A stretch of DNA of 64,000 nucleotides from positions 12,288 to 76,287 of the forward strand of contig CAZHYS010000002.1 of assembly GCA_964536975.1 (NCBI GenBank), in the 5' to 3' direction. Position 1 is the stretch's first letter. Every line of letters begins with the position of its first letter. Below, one piece after another: positions 48,155-58,586 of this stretch. Source of the stretch: an uncultured Gammaproteobacteria bacterium. Its GTDB lineage: Bacteria > Patescibacteriota > Patescibacteriia > 2-01-FULL-39-33. A program made the position numbers and the translations under genes. A model generated the notes under the pieces. The model saw only the letters and a program-made list of their open reading frames with translations. It had not been told where the DNA came from and did not search any database.

Positions 48155-50806
48155 TTACTTTTTCTCCCTCACCACTGCCTGCGCCGCGGCCAATCTGGCA
48201 ATCGGCACTCTAAATGGAGAGCAAGACACATAAGTGAAACCCTCGCGATGGCAGAATTCCACCGAGGCCGGGTCACCGCCATGCTCACCGCAAATGCCGA
48301 TTTTCAAATCCGGCTTGACACTGCGGCCTTTGGCAATGGCGATTCGGATTAATTCGCCGATACCTTCCTGGTCCAAAGATTGGAACGGATCGCGGTCATA
48401 AATGCCTTGAGAGACATACTCTTTGAGGAATTTGCCGGCGTCGTCACGGCTAAAACCGGCGCCCATTTGCGTCAAATCATTGGTGCCAAAAGAAAAGAAT
48501 TCGGCGTACTTGGCAATCTGATCGGCAGTGACGGCCGCCCGCGGCACCTCAATCATCGTGCCAATCTTATAAGCCATTTCCATGCCAGCTGATTTCAACC
48601 TTTCTTCAACTATATCCACCACGCGTTTCTTCAATATTTCCAATTCTTTGGCGGTGCCGACAAGCGGAATCATTATTTCCGGCTTGACATCGGATTTGCG
48701 GCCGCATTTCGGACACTCCTGCGCTACTTCTATCGCCGCTTCAATAATCGCTCTCACCTGCATATCATAAATTTCCGGAAAAGTGATCGCCAAGCGGCAG
48801 CCGCGATGGCCAAGCATCGGGTTGAACTCGTGGAGCTCGGCGATTTTGGCTTTCAAAGTGCCGGCGTCCACTTCCATTTCCCGCGCCAAATCATAAATAT
48901 CTTTTTCTTCAGTCGGCAAAAATTCGTGTAGCGGTGGATCTAAAAGTCTGATCGTTACGCCAAAACCATCCATCGCGTGAAACAATCCGATAAAATCTTC
49001 TTTTTGATAAGGCAACAACTTTGCCAGTGCTTTCTCGCGTCCAGCGACATCAGCGGCCAAAATCATTTCCCGCACTGCCTTAATTCTGTCACCCTCAAAA
49101 AACATGTGTTCAGTCCGGCATAGGCCGATTCCTTCGGCGCCGAATTTTCTGGCTACTTGCGCGTCATGAGGGGTATCCGCGTTGGTGCGAACACCAAGCT
49201 TTCTAATTTCATCCGCCCAACTCATAATGGTAGCAAAGTCGCCGGAAAGCTCCGGATCACGCGTTGTCACTTTGCCCTGATATACTCGGCCGTCGCTGCC
49301 GTCCAAAGTGATAAAATCGCCTTCTTTGATGACAATGCCTTTGCTCTTTATAGTGAATTTCTTTCCTTTTTCATCAATATTAAGATCCGCGCAACCGGCG
49401 ACGCAGCAAGTACCCATGCCCCGAGCAACTACAGCGGCGTGCGAAGTCATACCGCCACGGGCGGTCAAAATGCCTTTGGCGCTGTGCATACCGTCAATAT
49501 CTTCCGGGGAAGTTTCCAGCCGCACCAAAATAACGTCCAAACCCTGCTGGGCTTTTTCAAACGCTTCTTGAGCGGTAAACACCACCTGGCCGACTGCCGC
49601 GCCCGGTGACGCCGGAAGACCTTGGGCGATCTCTTCCGCTTCTTGCTTGGCGACCGGATCGATTTGTTTGTGTAGTAATTGATCCAATTGAGCGGCCTCT
49701 ACTTTCAACAACGCCTCTTTCTTGGTCAATTTTCCCTCGGCTACCAAGTCAACGGCAATTTTGACAGCCGCAGTCGCAGTGCGTTTTCCATTTCTAGCCT
49801 GCAAAATAAAAAGTCGACCATTTTGGATGGTAAATTCCATATCCTGCATATCCCGATAATGATCTTCTACCTTGGTGCAAATATCCACCAATTCTTTGTA
49901 GATTTCCGGATTCTGTTCAGCCAAGGCAGCCACCGGCTGCGGTGTGCGGATGCCGGCGACGACATCTTCGCCCTGGGCGTTCATCAGATATTCGCCATAA
50001 AATTTATTCTCGCCAGTGGACGGGTTCCTAGTAAAGCACACGCCCGTACCGCTCTCTTCGCCCAAATTGCCGAAGACCATCGCCTGGATGTTGACGGCCG
50101 TGCCAATGAGTCCTTTGATATTATTGATTTCGCGGTAACGAATCGCCCGATAGTTGTTCCAGGAATTAAACACCGCATCAATGGCCAATCGCAGCTGCTC
50201 TTTGGGATCTTGAGGAAAATCAAATCCTTTGAGCTCCTTAACTTTTTGCTTATAGCGACTGATAATCTCCCGCAGATCTTCGGCTGTCAGATCAGTATCG
50301 TATTGCGCGCCCTTGGTATCTTTGACATTTTCCAAGATCTCTTCAAACTCCGCCGAGTCAATACCCAAAACAACATCGCCGAACATTTGAATCAAACGGC
50401 GATAAGAGTCAAAAGCAAACCGCTGATTGCCGGTTTTTATGGCCAAGCCCATTGTAGATTGATCGTTAAGACCCAGGTTCAAGATCGTATCCATCATTCC
50501 CGGCATTGATGAAGCGGCACCGGAACGAACAGAAACCAAAAGCGGATCATTGGGATCGCCCAGTTTCTTGCCCATATTATGCTCCAATTCGGCCAGTTTT
50601 TCTTCTACCTGCCGCAACACCTCCACTGGATAAGCCTTGTTGTTTCTGTGATAGGCGTCGCAAACCTCGGTGGTAATAGTGAAACCGGGCGGAACATTTA
50701 TTCCCAGAGCGCTCATCTCGGCCAAATTGGCGCCCTTGCCACCCAAAATCTCTTTCATGTCTTTGTTACCCTCTTTAAAAGAGTAAACGTACTTTTTTTC
50801 AGACAT
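48155..50806 (-). CDS. ppdK: Pyruvate phosphate dikinase
   Basis: 883 aa containing the PEP-utilising His domain and the TIM barrel. Confidence 0.9.
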   Translation of the reverse strand: MSEKKYVYSFKEGNKDMKEILGGKGANLAEMSALGINVPPGFTITTEVCDAYHRNNKAYPVEVLRQVEEKLAELEHNMGKKLGDPNDPLLVSVRSGAASSMPGMMDTILNLGLNDQSTMGLAIKTGNQRFAFDSYRRLIQMFGDVVLGIDSAEFEEILENVKDTKGAQYDTDLTAEDLREIISRYKQKVKELKGFDFPQDPKEQLRLAIDAVFNSWNNYRAIRYREINNIKGLIGTAVNIQAMVFGNLGEESGTGVCFTRNPSTGENKFYGEYLMNAQGEDVVAGIRTPQPVAALAEQNPEIYKELVDICTKVEDHYRDMQDMEFTIQNGRLFILQARNGKRTATAAVKIAVDLVAEGKLTKKEALLKVEAAQLDQLLHKQIDPVAKQEAEEIAQGLPASPGAAVGQVVFTAQEAFEKAQQGLDVILVRLETSPEDIDGMHSAKGILTARGGMTSHAAVVARGMGTCCVAGCADLNIDEKGKKFTIKSKGIVIKEGDFITLDGSDGRVYQGKVTTRDPELSGDFATIMSWADEIRKLGVRTNADTPHDAQVARKFGAEGIGLCRTEHMFFEGDRIKAVREMILAADVAGREKALAKLLPYQKEDFIGLFHAMDGFGVTIRLLDPPLHEFLPTEEKDIYDLAREMEVDAGTLKAKIAELHEFNPMLGHRGCRLAITFPEIYDMQVRAIIEAAIEVAQECPKCGRKSDVKPEIMIPLVGTAKELEILKKRVVDIVEERLKSAGMEMAYKIGTMIEVPRAAVTADQIAKYAEFFSFGTNDLTQMGAGFSRDDAGKFLKEYVSQGIYDRDPFQSLDQEGIGELIRIAIAKGRSVKPDLKIGICGEHGGDPASVEFCHREGFTYVSCSPFRVPIARLAAAQAVVREKK

Positions 50807-50942
50807 AATGATTTTATTATGATTAGAAATTAGAAACCGCGAGCGAATTTACGCCCTCGCCGGCAGTTTTCAATCGCCAATCTGCAAGGCAAATAAAAAT
50901 GACAGACCATCACTGGCCCATCACCTTCCAATTTCCCAGCAA

Positions 50943-51902
50943 TTACCGCATTACTTGTTTCTTGGAGAGTAAGCCGTTCTGCGCGCCTATTTTGGCAACG
51001 ACAGAAGCGGAATTAGTTATCCCCCATTTCAATGCGTCCTTAATACTTTTACCATAAATCAAAGCGCTTGTAAAGGCAGAAGCAAAAGCGTCCCCCACTC
51101 CGACCGTGTCAGCATTCTTGGCCGGCCGGGCTTTGAGAAAATAATACTTTTTGCCGTCATAAGCATAGGCGCCCTCTTCGCCATCGGTGATTACTACCGC
51201 TTTAGGGCCGAGATCTTTGATGTACTTGATCAAATTTTTTATATTTTTCAACTTTTTAAACTCCAACGCCTCATCACGATTGAGAATAAGAACGCTCGTT
51301 TGGGGCAAAAACTTTTTGACTTTAGCCAAATCAGCCAGTTGTTTCACGCCCGGATTCCAAGCCAATTTTTTCTTTTGCCCGATAACCGCTTTCATTATCT
51401 TGTCCCAGCTTTTTTCCGGCAGAGATGAGACATAAAACCAATCGGTGTTTAATTGTATGAGCGGCAAATCCGCTACCGATAAATCATCGCTGGCGCCGCG
51501 GTAAGTAAATAAGATATGTTCTTTGGCGGCAGTATTGAGCGTCAAAATCATTGAGAAGCCGGTTTTTTTGCTATGGTCTATTTTTATAAATTTTGTCTCA
51601 ACGCCACGATTCTTCAGATTGGCCAACGCCGCCCGGCCGTTTTCATCTCCGCCCAATCGGCAAACTGTGCCGGTTTTAAGCCCCAAAGAAGCGAATGATA
51701 CCGCCGTATTGGCCGCGCCGCCGCCGAAAGAAAAAAATAAATCATCAGCCATTATCTTGGCGCCATATTCAAAAGCCAGGAGTTTCTGCTTGGTCAGATT
51801 GCCGGTAGACACCAATTCGCCCTCGCCGGAATAAAACATAATATCGCGAGTCGCGCCGCCGACCGTGATGACATCAAATTTTTGCGGTTTATTTTTCTTC
51901 AT
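50943..51902 (-). CDS. PfkB-family carbohydrate kinase
   Basis: The VITVGGATRD and DTVGVGDAF motifs. Confidence 0.8.
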   Translation of the reverse strand: MKKNKPQKFDVITVGGATRDIMFYSGEGELVSTGNLTKQKLLAFEYGAKIMADDLFFSFGGGAANTAVSFASLGLKTGTVCRLGGDENGRAALANLKNRGVETKFIKIDHSKKTGFSMILTLNTAAKEHILFTYRGASDDLSVADLPLIQLNTDWFYVSSLPEKSWDKIMKAVIGQKKKLAWNPGVKQLADLAKVKKFLPQTSVLILNRDEALEFKKLKNIKNLIKYIKDLGPKAVVITDGEEGAYAYDGKKYYFLKARPAKNADTVGVGDAFASAFTSALIYGKSIKDALKWGITNSASVVAKIGAQNGLLSKKQVMR

Positions 51903-51998
51903 ATAAGGATATTATAGCAAGGACGAAAAATATTGACAAATTACCACCGGAGCGATATCATAATTAGTAATTCAAACAACCGAAATGGGAGGAAGGAA

Positions 51999-52082
51999 AT
52001 GGCTTGGCAAACAATTATGACGATCATGGCGCTTGTGGTTATTGGGCTAATCTGGCTGGAGATTGGCGACGCCAGACACTGA
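51999..52082 (+). CDS. 27-aa hydrophobic peptide
   Basis: SD GGGAGGAAGG precedes it. The sequence is MAWQTIMTIMALVVIGLIWLEIGDARH. The TTGACA-17-TATCAT promoter lies at 51933-51961. Confidence 0.4.
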   Translation: MAWQTIMTIMALVVIGLIWLEIGDARH

Positions 52083-52096
52083 CAGGAGGGACAGGA

Positions 52097-52198
52097 ATGT
52101 GGTTGTATGCTCTTTTCGCAACATTGGCACTTTTTTGCATCGGATTAACAGGGGTGGTTTTCTACTTTTGGCGCAAGAATCCCCTTGGCCGCATGTGA
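52097..52198 (+). CDS. 33-aa hydrophobic peptide
   Basis: SD AGGAGGG lies 6 nt upstream. The sequence is MWLYALFATLALFCIGLTGVVFYFWRKNPLGRM. A hairpin terminator follows at 52212-52255. Confidence 0.4.
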   Translation: MWLYALFATLALFCIGLTGVVFYFWRKNPLGRM

Positions 52199-52267
52199 CA
52201 CGCCAACAAAAAAATAGCTCCGCCTTGGCACAAGAATCAAAGCGGAGCTATTTCAATTGTAAAAAAA

Positions 52268-53395
52268 TTATTTTTTCCTCCTTTTTTCTTCTTTTTTGGC
52301 CGCTTTTTCCCAGCCGTTTATGGGCATATCAATAAAAAATGCCGTCCCCTTCCCTTCTTCCGATTCAAACCAGACTTTGCCGCCGGCTTTTTCCACTGAT
52401 AATTTGATCAAATACAATCCCAGTCCCGACCCTTCCGTGACTTTTTCTTTGGCATTGTCCGCCCGAAACAATCTGGTAAATATCTTGTTTTGCTGATGTT
52501 GGGGAATGCCCATGCCGGTATCTTGGATTTTGATAAACAGCCGCGAGCCCTTCTTGGCGACCGTCAAATAGACTTTGCCGTTATCGCGATTGTATTTGAC
52601 GGCATTGGACAGAAGATTTTGAAAAATAATCCGCAAAAATTTGGCATCTGATCTGATCGGTTTCAACCGAGAATCATAGTTCTTGATGACTTTGACGTTT
52701 TTCAATTTGATTTTCGGGATCAATTCGCCAAGAACATCTTCGGCCAACTCAATCACGTCTACCCTTTCAATGTTTATTTCTATTGTCCCCAAATCCACTC
52801 GGGAAACATTTAATAAGTCATTGACCAGTTCAATCATCCGCTGATTGCCATTATAAATTTCTTTCAGATATTCCTTGAGCTCTTTAGTGACACCGCCAAT
52901 ATCGCCATTAAGCATCATTTCCGCGTACCAATTGATCGCCGAGAGCGGCGTCCGCAATTGGTGAGACGCTAGGGAGACAAATTCCGTCTTGGATCGATCA
53001 GCCGCTTTGTCTTGAGTGATATCCTTTTCTACTCCGATGAAATATTTTATCCTTTTTGCTATGTCCAAAACCGGCGCAATCCTAATCATGGCATCGTATT
53101 TTTCTCCGTTTTTTTTCTTATTTTCCAATTCCGCCGAAAAAGTCTGTTTCTTGATTTTTATCGTCTGCCACAATTTTTCATAAAAGTCCTTGGTCATTAG
53201 TCCGCCCCACAATTCATTGCTGCCTGCCTTTTTGCCCAAAACTTCCCTGACCTTAAAACCGGTCACCCCTTCAATGGCGCTATTGGCATAGATGACTTTT
53301 CCATCCGCGTCAGTAACAATAATACCGTCGGCAATATTGTCTAAAGCCGCGGCAAAAATGTCCGAATTGATTTTTTTGGTCTTACGGTTAAACAT
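52268..53395 (-). CDS. PAS-domain sensor histidine kinase
   Basis: A PAS domain, a HisKA H-box HQLRTPL and an HATPase_c domain. Confidence 0.8.
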   Translation of the reverse strand: MFNRKTKKINSDIFAAALDNIADGIIVTDADGKVIYANSAIEGVTGFKVREVLGKKAGSNELWGGLMTKDFYEKLWQTIKIKKQTFSAELENKKKNGEKYDAMIRIAPVLDIAKRIKYFIGVEKDITQDKAADRSKTEFVSLASHQLRTPLSAINWYAEMMLNGDIGGVTKELKEYLKEIYNGNQRMIELVNDLLNVSRVDLGTIEINIERVDVIELAEDVLGELIPKIKLKNVKVIKNYDSRLKPIRSDAKFLRIIFQNLLSNAVKYNRDNGKVYLTVAKKGSRLFIKIQDTGMGIPQHQQNKIFTRLFRADNAKEKVTEGSGLGLYLIKLSVEKAGGKVWFESEEGKGTAFFIDMPINGWEKAAKKEEKRRKK

Positions 53396-53461
53396 TTTGT
53401 CCTTCCATCCTATAGCAAAGATTGCCCCGAGAATACTCGGGACAACTTTTGATATATGATC

Positions 53462-53905
53462 TTATCTGGTGACAGAAATAGTCTGGCTCTGCTCGGCATC
53501 CGGAGCGCTGACTGTGACTCTGCCGGTAGTCGCGTCTTGGGAGATTTCATAGCAAACTCCGCCGGTGGCGCAGCTGCCGCTGGGATCAACCGGAATAGAC
53601 ACGATGTACATGCCGTTATCGGTCAAATCCGACAAATCAATCAACCCGGTGCAAGCAGTGGCATCGGTGGCGCAGATTTCCGTGGAAGTGCTGGTAATAT
53701 TGCCTGGCAAATTGCCATTGTTGTCAATGGCGTATTGATACACCGCGTTCAAAATGGTGTTGACATCAATACTGCGCTGGGCATTTCTGGTGTCGGCCAA
53801 TTGCTTGCCAGGATTAATGGCAATAATGACAATACCGGCCAAGATGGCAATCGCCGCCACTACCAAAAGGATTTCCAGCAAAGTAAAACCTTTTCGGTTT
53901 CTCAT
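53462..53905 (-). CDS. Type IV pilin (major pilin-like)
   Basis: A prepilin leader and methylation site KGFTLLEILLVVAAIAILAGI. Confidence 0.8.
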   Translation of the reverse strand: MRNRKGFTLLEILLVVAAIAILAGIVIIAINPGKQLADTRNAQRSIDVNTILNAVYQYAIDNNGNLPGNITSTSTEICATDATACTGLIDLSDLTDNGMYIVSIPVDPSGSCATGGVCYEISQDATTGRVTVSAPDAEQSQTISVTR

Positions 53906-54086
53906 AGTTTTGCTTAGTTTATTATTTAAATTTATTAACGACCTTTAAATTAGTCAGGAGTCTAAAGTCATAGAGTCTATAAAGTCAAAATGCAACTGAC
54001 TTTGGACTCCATGGCTTTCGACTTTATGGACTTTACAGACTTTTGACTTTATAGACTTTAGGCTTGTTTATATTATAACACACTTT

Positions 54087-54545
54087 TTAATTAAAATCCG
54101 CTACTGGCCGCCAGCTGACAATACTTATTGAAGGAGAAACTTGATCTATGATTATCCGCCATCGGCTTACGGCCGCGCTGACATAAGCCGAGACATTGAT
54201 TGTCACGTTGCCCCCGCCAGCCTGCTGAACATCATAGTCGCATGCTCCGCTGCCCAAAATCAAGTTATATTGCCCGGAAAAAGAAGAGTTGCTTTTCAAA
54301 TTCATCAGCGCCTGCTCGGCGCAAGCGTCGGCAATCGCCTTGGCTTGCGAATGCTGATAAATAATCAAGTCATTCTTTGACTGATTGGTGCTAAAAATCA
54401 ACAGCGAGGCCGCTATCGCCAAACCGACAACGCTAATAAGCAAAACACTGACCAAGGTGACTATCCCCGACTGTTGATTATTTTTTGATTCCGACCGAAC
54501 CATAGAAAGTTTTTGAATAATTGAATTCTTGACGGCTATTGTCAT
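54087..54545 (-). CDS. Minor pilin or pilus-assembly protein-like
   Basis: A single N-terminal transmembrane helix in a pilin operon context. Confidence 0.4.
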   Translation of the reverse strand: MTIAVKNSIIQKLSMVRSESKNNQQSGIVTLVSVLLISVVGLAIAASLLIFSTNQSKNDLIIYQHSQAKAIADACAEQALMNLKSNSSFSGQYNLILGSGACDYDVQQAGGGNVTINVSAYVSAAVSRWRIIIDQVSPSISIVSWRPVADFN

Positions 54546-54990
54546 TGATATAGCTCAAATCAAAACTAAACCGAATCAAATCCGGCGTACCACTGGTAGC
54601 GGTGTTTTCAAACAACAAATTGGCGGCAGTGGTCCAGTCGGAATTCAACTCCACCGGCAACCCCGACCCTTCCGTAATTCTAATTTTTCCCCCGCTCAAA
54701 TCAAAAATAATCGGATTAATCATTGATTCATCTCTGCCGATGGATAATGATGACGAACTGGCACCGATAGCGGGAATATTGACGATTGCACCGCCCTCTA
54801 CTGCCGACTGAATCAAAAAGACAATTTGCCGGCCCTGTTGTTCCACCTCGCTGATCGCCCGGTTCTTGACTTGGGAACTCAAAATCACTGACAAAAATAT
54901 TGACACGCCCAAAAGAACCGCCCCGGCCAAGCCGACATACAACAAAAGCTCAATTAAAGTAAAACCATCGCTGTATTTTTTTATAATCAT
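54478..54990 (-). CDS. Prepilin-type N-terminal cleavage/methylation domain protein
   Basis: The GFTLIELLLYVGL motif. Confidence 0.7.
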   Translation of the reverse strand: MIIKKYSDGFTLIELLLYVGLAGAVLLGVSIFLSVILSSQVKNRAISEVEQQGRQIVFLIQSAVEGGAIVNIPAIGASSSSLSIGRDESMINPIIFDLSGGKIRITEGSGLPVELNSDWTTAANLLFENTATSGTPDLIRFSFDLSYINDNSRQEFNYSKTFYGSVGIKK

Positions 54991-55000
54991 AAATAATATT

Positions 55001-56647
55001 TTACCGGCATCTATTACCTATACACCATCGAGCGCAAGTCTGGATCTCCCGTTCCGACAAACACCCATAAACACAAGTCCGATCTCGCGCTCTCGTCCGG
55101 ATATCCAAACAATACCATCTCCCCCACGCGCCGCAAGTATCCAAGACGCATTGCGTTTGACTGTCGCAACCAAACGCGCAAGTCCGTGCCTGTGCCATGT
55201 AATCGCTGCCGCAGCCGCCCAAACCGCAACCCTGATCCACCCAAGCAGTGCAAGAGTCATCCACGCACTGCTCTTCAATATCACAACCGGCAATAGAACA
55301 TGTCCTAGTCTGATACAGCTGAGTCGCGCTGCAGCCATTGCCACCGCATTGATTGTTTGTCCAGTTAGAACACTCGCAAGCCGGATAAAGCGCCGGCGCG
55401 GCAAAGGCAACAAAGCCGAAAGTTTCGCCGCCATGACTTCTCTCCGTGTCGGTATACTGGTCTTCTTCTGCTTGTAAACCGATTTGTATCGCGCTATTGC
55501 TGCAAATCACCCCCCAGGAGCCGTCGTTATCGTCCATTTCCTGTTGACTGGCCAGAGCCAGGGGCGGATTTGAATAACTGTTTTGATAACCAAAAGTAAA
55601 GCAGCCATTGTCTTTGCCCCTGACGGTATTACTGGTCTGATAACTTTCAAAAATATTTGTTGCGATTGTCGTCGTACTGCCGGCATCCACCGCCACCCAG
55701 CCGATTGTTTCAATGTTGTGAGTAGTATAGGCCTCCGCTCCATTTAAAGCGATCCTCATGCCTTGAGCGTCCGGCGGATCAGTCCGGCTGTTTAAGTTGC
55801 TAACATAAGTCGTAATCCAACGTGAATCGTTGAAACTCATTACCTGATGCAAAACAATCAAATTGCCGGCAAAACTCTGATTGAAAGTCTGCGTATCATA
55901 AAGCCAATTATTTTTCCGGCCGACGGTATTGGTATCGTATTTTCCCGCCTCAATTTTTACTCCCTCCATGTCCCACGATCCTTCTTCCACCACCCAATAA
56001 GCGATTTCTTCCGCTGAAAGATTGCGGTTTCTCGGCTCCTGCAATCTTATTTCGCAGCCGGTCTCGGTCATATTCCTGATTCTGACTGAAGCCGAACGGG
56101 AATTGACCGCGCTATAACGCGTCGCGACAACAACCGGACTGATATAGGTATTGATAAAATTAATCGCGAGCCAATTTTCATCAGTAGAAATTAATCCCGA
56201 CTCCATTTTGAACTCTCCGCTCGTGCCGCGCCAATCAGTCAAATAGCTGTCCAAAGAAATCTCTCCGCTCTTGGCGCCGTATTGCCAATTGACGCGCGAA
56301 ATTATTCTTTTTGTGCTTTGATCAATAGTTTGAATTTCTATCGCTCTGGTAAAATTTCCGTTGACATCGGAAGAACCGGAAAATTGCCACTGCCCGCCGG
56401 ATAGCGCCAAACCGTAAATTCCATCGTTCAAATTTAAAAAGTCGTTATTGCGGATATTTCTCACAACCGCCAAACCCTCCTCGGCGACTAGTAGCGCCTG
56501 GGATCTCACCCCGGACAAAACAATCCCTTCTTGGCCGTAAAAAATCGCCCCGCTGAAAGCCGCTACCACTATTACAAAAAGAGAGACCGATAAAATCGCC
56601 TCTACCATGGAAAACCCCGAATTAGTAATCAACCATCCCTTTTTCAT
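55001..56647 (-). CDS. Large pseudopilin with a Cys-rich C-terminal repeat domain
   Basis: A pilin-like N-terminus GFSMVEAIL and ~30 Cys in the last 130 aa. Confidence 0.6.
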   Translation of the reverse strand: MKKGWLITNSGFSMVEAILSVSLFVIVVAAFSGAIFYGQEGIVLSGVRSQALLVAEEGLAVVRNIRNNDFLNLNDGIYGLALSGGQWQFSGSSDVNGNFTRAIEIQTIDQSTKRIISRVNWQYGAKSGEISLDSYLTDWRGTSGEFKMESGLISTDENWLAINFINTYISPVVVATRYSAVNSRSASVRIRNMTETGCEIRLQEPRNRNLSAEEIAYWVVEEGSWDMEGVKIEAGKYDTNTVGRKNNWLYDTQTFNQSFAGNLIVLHQVMSFNDSRWITTYVSNLNSRTDPPDAQGMRIALNGAEAYTTHNIETIGWVAVDAGSTTTIATNIFESYQTSNTVRGKDNGCFTFGYQNSYSNPPLALASQQEMDDNDGSWGVICSNSAIQIGLQAEEDQYTDTERSHGGETFGFVAFAAPALYPACECSNWTNNQCGGNGCSATQLYQTRTCSIAGCDIEEQCVDDSCTAWVDQGCGLGGCGSDYMAQARTCAFGCDSQTQCVLDTCGAWGRWYCLDIRTRARDRTCVYGCLSEREIQTCARWCIGNRCR

Positions 56648-57053
56648 TGATTGTTATTGTTTTACTGTCATTGACATTGCCAATCAAAATATCACCGACA
56701 GCCGAGGGCAATCCGGTCACTTTGGAAAAAACTACTTCCGACAATCCGCTGAATTGGATTATGCCGGATAAATCATAAATCTCATCATAACCGATGTCAC
56801 GACTGGAAAAATTGTCGCCCTTAAAAATTGTCGCTTGATTCTGATCAATATTTACTCCCCAAGCGCTATCCCCCTCCATAGTAATTGATCTGATTTGCGC
56901 CCGCCGCAAGCTTTGAGCGATCGTGCCGCCAGATACTTCCAAATCGCTGCGCTGTTGCAATGACCGATAAACCGGAATACCGATTGCCGTCAAAATCGCC
57001 ATCAAAGAGATGGACAATAGAACTTCCAGCAAGGTAAATCCCTTTTTATCCAT
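56622..57053 (-). CDS. Prepilin-type pseudopilin
   Basis: KGFTLLEVLLSISLMAIL. Confidence 0.7.
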   Translation of the reverse strand: MDKKGFTLLEVLLSISLMAILTAIGIPVYRSLQQRSDLEVSGGTIAQSLRRAQIRSITMEGDSAWGVNIDQNQATIFKGDNFSSRDIGYDEIYDLSGIIQFSGLSEVVFSKVTGLPSAVGDILIGNVNDSKTITINEKGMVDY

Positions 57054-57059
57054 ATGCGA

Positions 57060-58580
57060 TTATTCTTCAATTATTTCTACATAGGTGCCAATCACCCAGC
57101 CGGTCTCTCCGTCGGCGAGAATTATCTCATACCAATTTGATTTTTCTTCGCGATACTGATAAATTTCGCCGGTAATCGCTTTGGCCACGATTTTTCCCGC
57201 CGTGGATGGAGAATTGCGGACATTGAGATAGCCAATACCGGTAGACAAAATTCTTAATTCACCAAGCACTTCATCCGGCATTGATTCCGGTATAGTCAGT
57301 AAGTCAGCCGTGCCGGTAGCTGTCGCCGGCGAAGATGTCGCCATCGCCTCTTGAGGCGTTGTAGTGGAGACCTTAAAAACTGTTTTGGCCGGCGTCTCAC
57401 TGACCGATCGAGGTCCAGTAGTGGAAACGGAAGTTTGCTTATTGAGTCCGCCAATCAAGCTATAAATCGGCAAAATCACGGCCAGCGCCACTGCTACGAC
57501 GCCCAGCCAGATTATCACTAACATCAACGGCTCCAATAAAACCGATAAATTTTTGGTAGTATTTTCGGTTTTTTCTTCATAAATCCCCCCCACTTTGAGC
57601 AGTATCTCCGGCAACTTGCCCGACTGTTCGCCGGAAGCAATCATCTGCTGGACCGGCAAAGGGATTATCTTGTCGCTTCCCTTGAACAATTCAAATGTCC
57701 GCTGAAAAGAATTTCCTTCTTCTATTTTTCCTTTGGCAAAAATAAAAAACTTCTTATAGCTGTAAAAGGTCGTCGCCTCATTGAGCGAAGACAATGCTTC
57801 AATAATCGGCAGACCGGCGTCCAAAAGCGTCCCCAAAATATAGCCCAGCTGGGCGACTTCCACCTCTTGAACCAACTTTTTTATCGCCGGCAAATGAAAC
57901 AAAATCGCCTGACCAATAAATTTGGTCCGCCGATAGAAGAACAAAAAATACAACAAAACGCCCAGCGCCACAAACAGCGCCGGAACGACAACTTGGCCGT
58001 AAACCTTGACAAACTCGCCAATGCCGATGAGAATCCTGGTTATGGCCGGCAAGTCTAGATTGAGTTGGCTAAATACCGATGATAATCTGGGCAGGATAAA
58101 CCAAGCCACACCCGCCCCGATGACAGCAGTCAGCCCCAGAACCAACACCGGATACATCATCGCCGAGCGGATTTTCGCTTTGAAGCTCCTTTCTTTTTGT
58201 TGCTGTTCTACGATGACTTTCAAATTTTCCGCCAGCCGACCCGATTCCTCGCCGATCATAATCAAGGAAATGACATGATCGGGCATTAGCTTGGTGGCGG
58301 CCAGGGCATCAGACAGAGAAGTGCCGGCGTCAATATCGGCTGTCATCCGATCAATCGTTTCTCTCATGTAGCGGGACTTCATGCCTTTTTTTATCGCGGC
58401 CAGGGCGAATATGATATCCATTCCGGCCTCCAAAAGCATCGCCAAATTCTCCACAAAAAAATCCTTTTCATCGCCGACATTTAATTTTGACAAATTAGAA
58501 AAAAAGGAGTTTGGTTTTTTGGAATTTTGGGCCATCTCCTTTTTGGCTGGTTTCTTTTTTGTCACCTTCCTCCCGAACAT
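57060..58580 (-). CDS. pilC: Type IV pilus / T2SS platform protein PilC/GspF with a C-terminal SH3b-like domain
   Basis: Two GspF repeats. The C-terminus has NWYEIILADGETGWV. Confidence 0.8.
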   Translation of the reverse strand: MFGRKVTKKKPAKKEMAQNSKKPNSFFSNLSKLNVGDEKDFFVENLAMLLEAGMDIIFALAAIKKGMKSRYMRETIDRMTADIDAGTSLSDALAATKLMPDHVISLIMIGEESGRLAENLKVIVEQQQKERSFKAKIRSAMMYPVLVLGLTAVIGAGVAWFILPRLSSVFSQLNLDLPAITRILIGIGEFVKVYGQVVVPALFVALGVLLYFLFFYRRTKFIGQAILFHLPAIKKLVQEVEVAQLGYILGTLLDAGLPIIEALSSLNEATTFYSYKKFFIFAKGKIEEGNSFQRTFELFKGSDKIIPLPVQQMIASGEQSGKLPEILLKVGGIYEEKTENTTKNLSVLLEPLMLVIIWLGVVAVALAVILPIYSLIGGLNKQTSVSTTGPRSVSETPAKTVFKVSTTTPQEAMATSSPATATGTADLLTIPESMPDEVLGELRILSTGIGYLNVRNSPSTAGKIVAKAITGEIYQYREEKSNWYEIILADGETGWVIGTYVEIIEE

Positions 58581-58586
58581 TGAAAA

